Translations under genes and position numbers: made by a program
DNA from: Leucoraja erinacea
Taxonomy: Eukaryota
Assembly (NCBI RefSeq): GCF_028641065.1
Contig: NC_073410.1
Location: forward strand, 9,238,001 to 9,302,000
Direction of reading: 5' to 3'
Length of the DNA stretch: 64,000 bases
Shown here: positions 61,852 to 64,000 of the stretch, in pieces
Layout: each line of letters begins with the position of its first letter
Numbering within the stretch: the stretch's first letter is position 1
The notes under the pieces: model-generated
Told to the model about the DNA's origin: nothing
Seen by the model: only the letters and a program-made list of their open reading frames with translations
Databases searched by the model: none

Positions 61852-61976
61852 GTTCCTTTGCGCAAATGAGGGCGCCCCAACCAAATTATGCCGCACCTTC
61901 CACTGGAGCACCAAATTACAGCAGTCAACCTCCACCTCAGCAGAAACGATTGGACCCGGACAGCATTCCAAGCCCT
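61852..61976 (+). CDS. SEC24C: SEC24C fifth coding exon (125 nt); the gene continues beyond the window
   Basis: GSFAQMRAPQPNYAAP...QQKRLDPDSIPSP contains the SEC24C/D hallmark RLDPDxIPSP. Acceptor ttctAG, donor GTAAGC. It is absent from the ORF track because it is short. Confidence 0.93.
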
Positions 61977-62687
61977 GTAAGCACACTGGTTTTTTTTGTT
62001 TTTGTTATTCTCCCTGTTGTGTTCTAATGTTTGTAGAACTGCTCAGTAAATGTTCTCACTTTCTGCTCGAAATTGGTTGAAAAGGATTCACTTGCATGGA
62101 TATGTTGGAGATTTGAATGTAAACCACCCCCCACCCCCCAAACTTTTTTCAATGTGTTTGAACCCATGTTCACAAGTCGTGTTTTTTTAATATAGCCTGT
62201 ACGTGTACGTAACCAGCTTGTGTGTACGTAACAAGCTGTGTCTAGTAATAGCAATTCCTGCACTAGCAAATTGTGTTACTTGGATCCAATTTTCTTCAGA
62301 ATAGTTTGGAATTCTGGTGGTCTTACGCTTGTGGGACAAACTAGTTCATTCCTGATCTGGTATCAATATCTTGAGAGTACGAGATGTAGAAAGAATGAGA
62401 TGTAGAAAGAGTGAGGCTGTTAGACAAGGCAGCAGGATTGGACCTGAAATGCCAAGATAGGTATTGAGGCAAGGTAATAAACAACCTTGCTATAAGGTGC
62501 TTTAAACTTGTAATCCATTGTGGCACCATTACAGGGCTGATTTATTTCTGATATATCAGGTAATGTTTAATTACCATTGTAGATTTTACTACATCTGTTA
62601 GTTGAATACCTAGCATCCATGTATTATACATGTTATACTAGTATTATACATGTTATTTTAACGTACTCAAAAATAATTTTAACAATA

Positions 62688-62850
62688 AAACATAGAAAAT
62701 GGGTGCAGGAGTAGGCCATTCGGCCCTTCGAGCCTGCACCGCTATTCAATATGATCATGGCTGATCATCCAACTTGGTATCCTGTACCTGCCTTCTCTCC
62801 ATACCCCCTAATCCCTTTAGCCACAAGGGCCACATCTAACTCCCTCTTAA
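62688..62850 (-). mobile_element. Young CR1 3' end
   Basis: Near-exact reverse complement of 8862-9025; TTAACA occurs on both flanks. Confidence 0.88.
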
Positions 62851-64000
62851 TTAACAGTTGCGCTGTTGCTGACCACATGAATTTAGATACCCAAATCAGG
62901 CTGTATCAATATGTCTGAAAACGATCTAAGATATATGTAATATGTCCAGGGTAAAAATGCAGCATTCCCAATCATTGCAGATGTTAAAAATCTAATACCA
63001 AAAGTGCTAGAAATACTTGCCAATAAACCAATATTGAATATTTTGGCACCTGTAACTATAAGACTCCTGAAGACCTAAAGTTCACTTTTCAGGCTGAGCT
63101 TTTAAGTAGTTTAGGTGGACATGAAGCATGTGAGTTAATTGGTGATAATGCTTAGAAGAGTCTCTGGAAAGAGTAGTAGAACTGTGAATTTGATAATTAT
63201 TTTTGAAACCAATGCAATAATGGGGAGATTGTTGGTTCTTTGTGAATAGGTGAGTTTGAATGAAGTTATTTCTGTTTGTGCAGTTGTCCTCAAGACTTTG
63301 GATTGAGTGTTTGCAGAATTTATGAAAGCAGATGATTCAAAGACCTTGAATCTTTGTTAGGGAGTGTTTAAATTATACTGCTCTTAATAATTTTTCTCAG
63401 CTTTCTACTTTAAACAAATATTTTCAGATCAGTAAATGCGTAGATTAGTGGTGATTTTTTTATAATTGAAAAGGAAATGGTTGAAAAGAGAATTCTGCCA
63501 GTATCCCAACACTTTTGCATAGGTTGCCATAGATATACATCGATCTCAGGGAAAAGAGGTACTATTTTACTTTAAGCAGTTGCAGTGATTTTCTTTGTGT
63601 TTTGCACCATTTGGAATTAATTCTGGTGAGGATATTTTAATTATCGAAATTTCCCTACCCAGGAGATGAATGCGGTTGCTATGTTGCAAACATCCTTTCA
63701 CAACTAACCATTTAATCATACATGGTCGGTCTAATGTGTTTCGCTTTCTCAACTCATTTTTGTGTCTGGGAAACTGGCATGAATGAAAGAAACATTAAAA
63801 CCACACCATATAATTTTCAATCGTTTTTATTAAATTGCACTTAATTTTAGCACATTTTCTGAATTAATATTGAAAAGCACATAATTGAAGAGCTAACACG
63901 TTTATAGATGGTATTATTTTCCCAGAATATTTTCTGGAAATGTTGATTTTCTTTTAAGGCAGTTAAGAGGTCTTGCATTTGGTATTGACGTGTTTAGATA

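Noticed and set aside
61977-64000. Further SEC24C exons
   Set aside because: No segment with SEC24-like coding sequence and good splice sites was recognised; treated as intron.

Overview
Vertebrate nuclear DNA, most likely from a cartilaginous fish (skate/ray/shark), judged from HE1/V-SINE-like SINEs, CR1-like LINEs and Penelope-type repeats. Two protein-coding genes lie head-to-head. (1) A complete SYNPO2L (synaptopodin-2-like/CHAP) gene on the minus strand has four coding exons (37303-37407, 14630-14781, 12767-13863, 1231-4202). All junctions are GT-AG and phase-compatible, giving 4326 nt or 1441 aa. The protein is enlarged by two 21-nt coding tandem repeats. (2) The 5' part of SEC24C (COPII coat) is on the plus strand: a CpG-island promoter near 39.8-40.5 kb, a probable non-coding first exon, and five coding exons from 52743 to 61976 (338 aa); the gene continues beyond the window. 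Introns are full of CR1, L2, L1, RTE, Rex1-like and Penelope relics, SINEs and MITEs, with several nested insertions. The most notable observations are: an abundant family of short Penelope-derived elements carrying a minimal hammerhead-ribozyme-like core; a SYNPO2L coding repeat read successively in all three frames; a large Ser-Pro heptad expansion; and a uORF ending 2 nt before the SEC24C start codon. Repeat boundaries are approximate and family names come from pattern recognition, not database searches.
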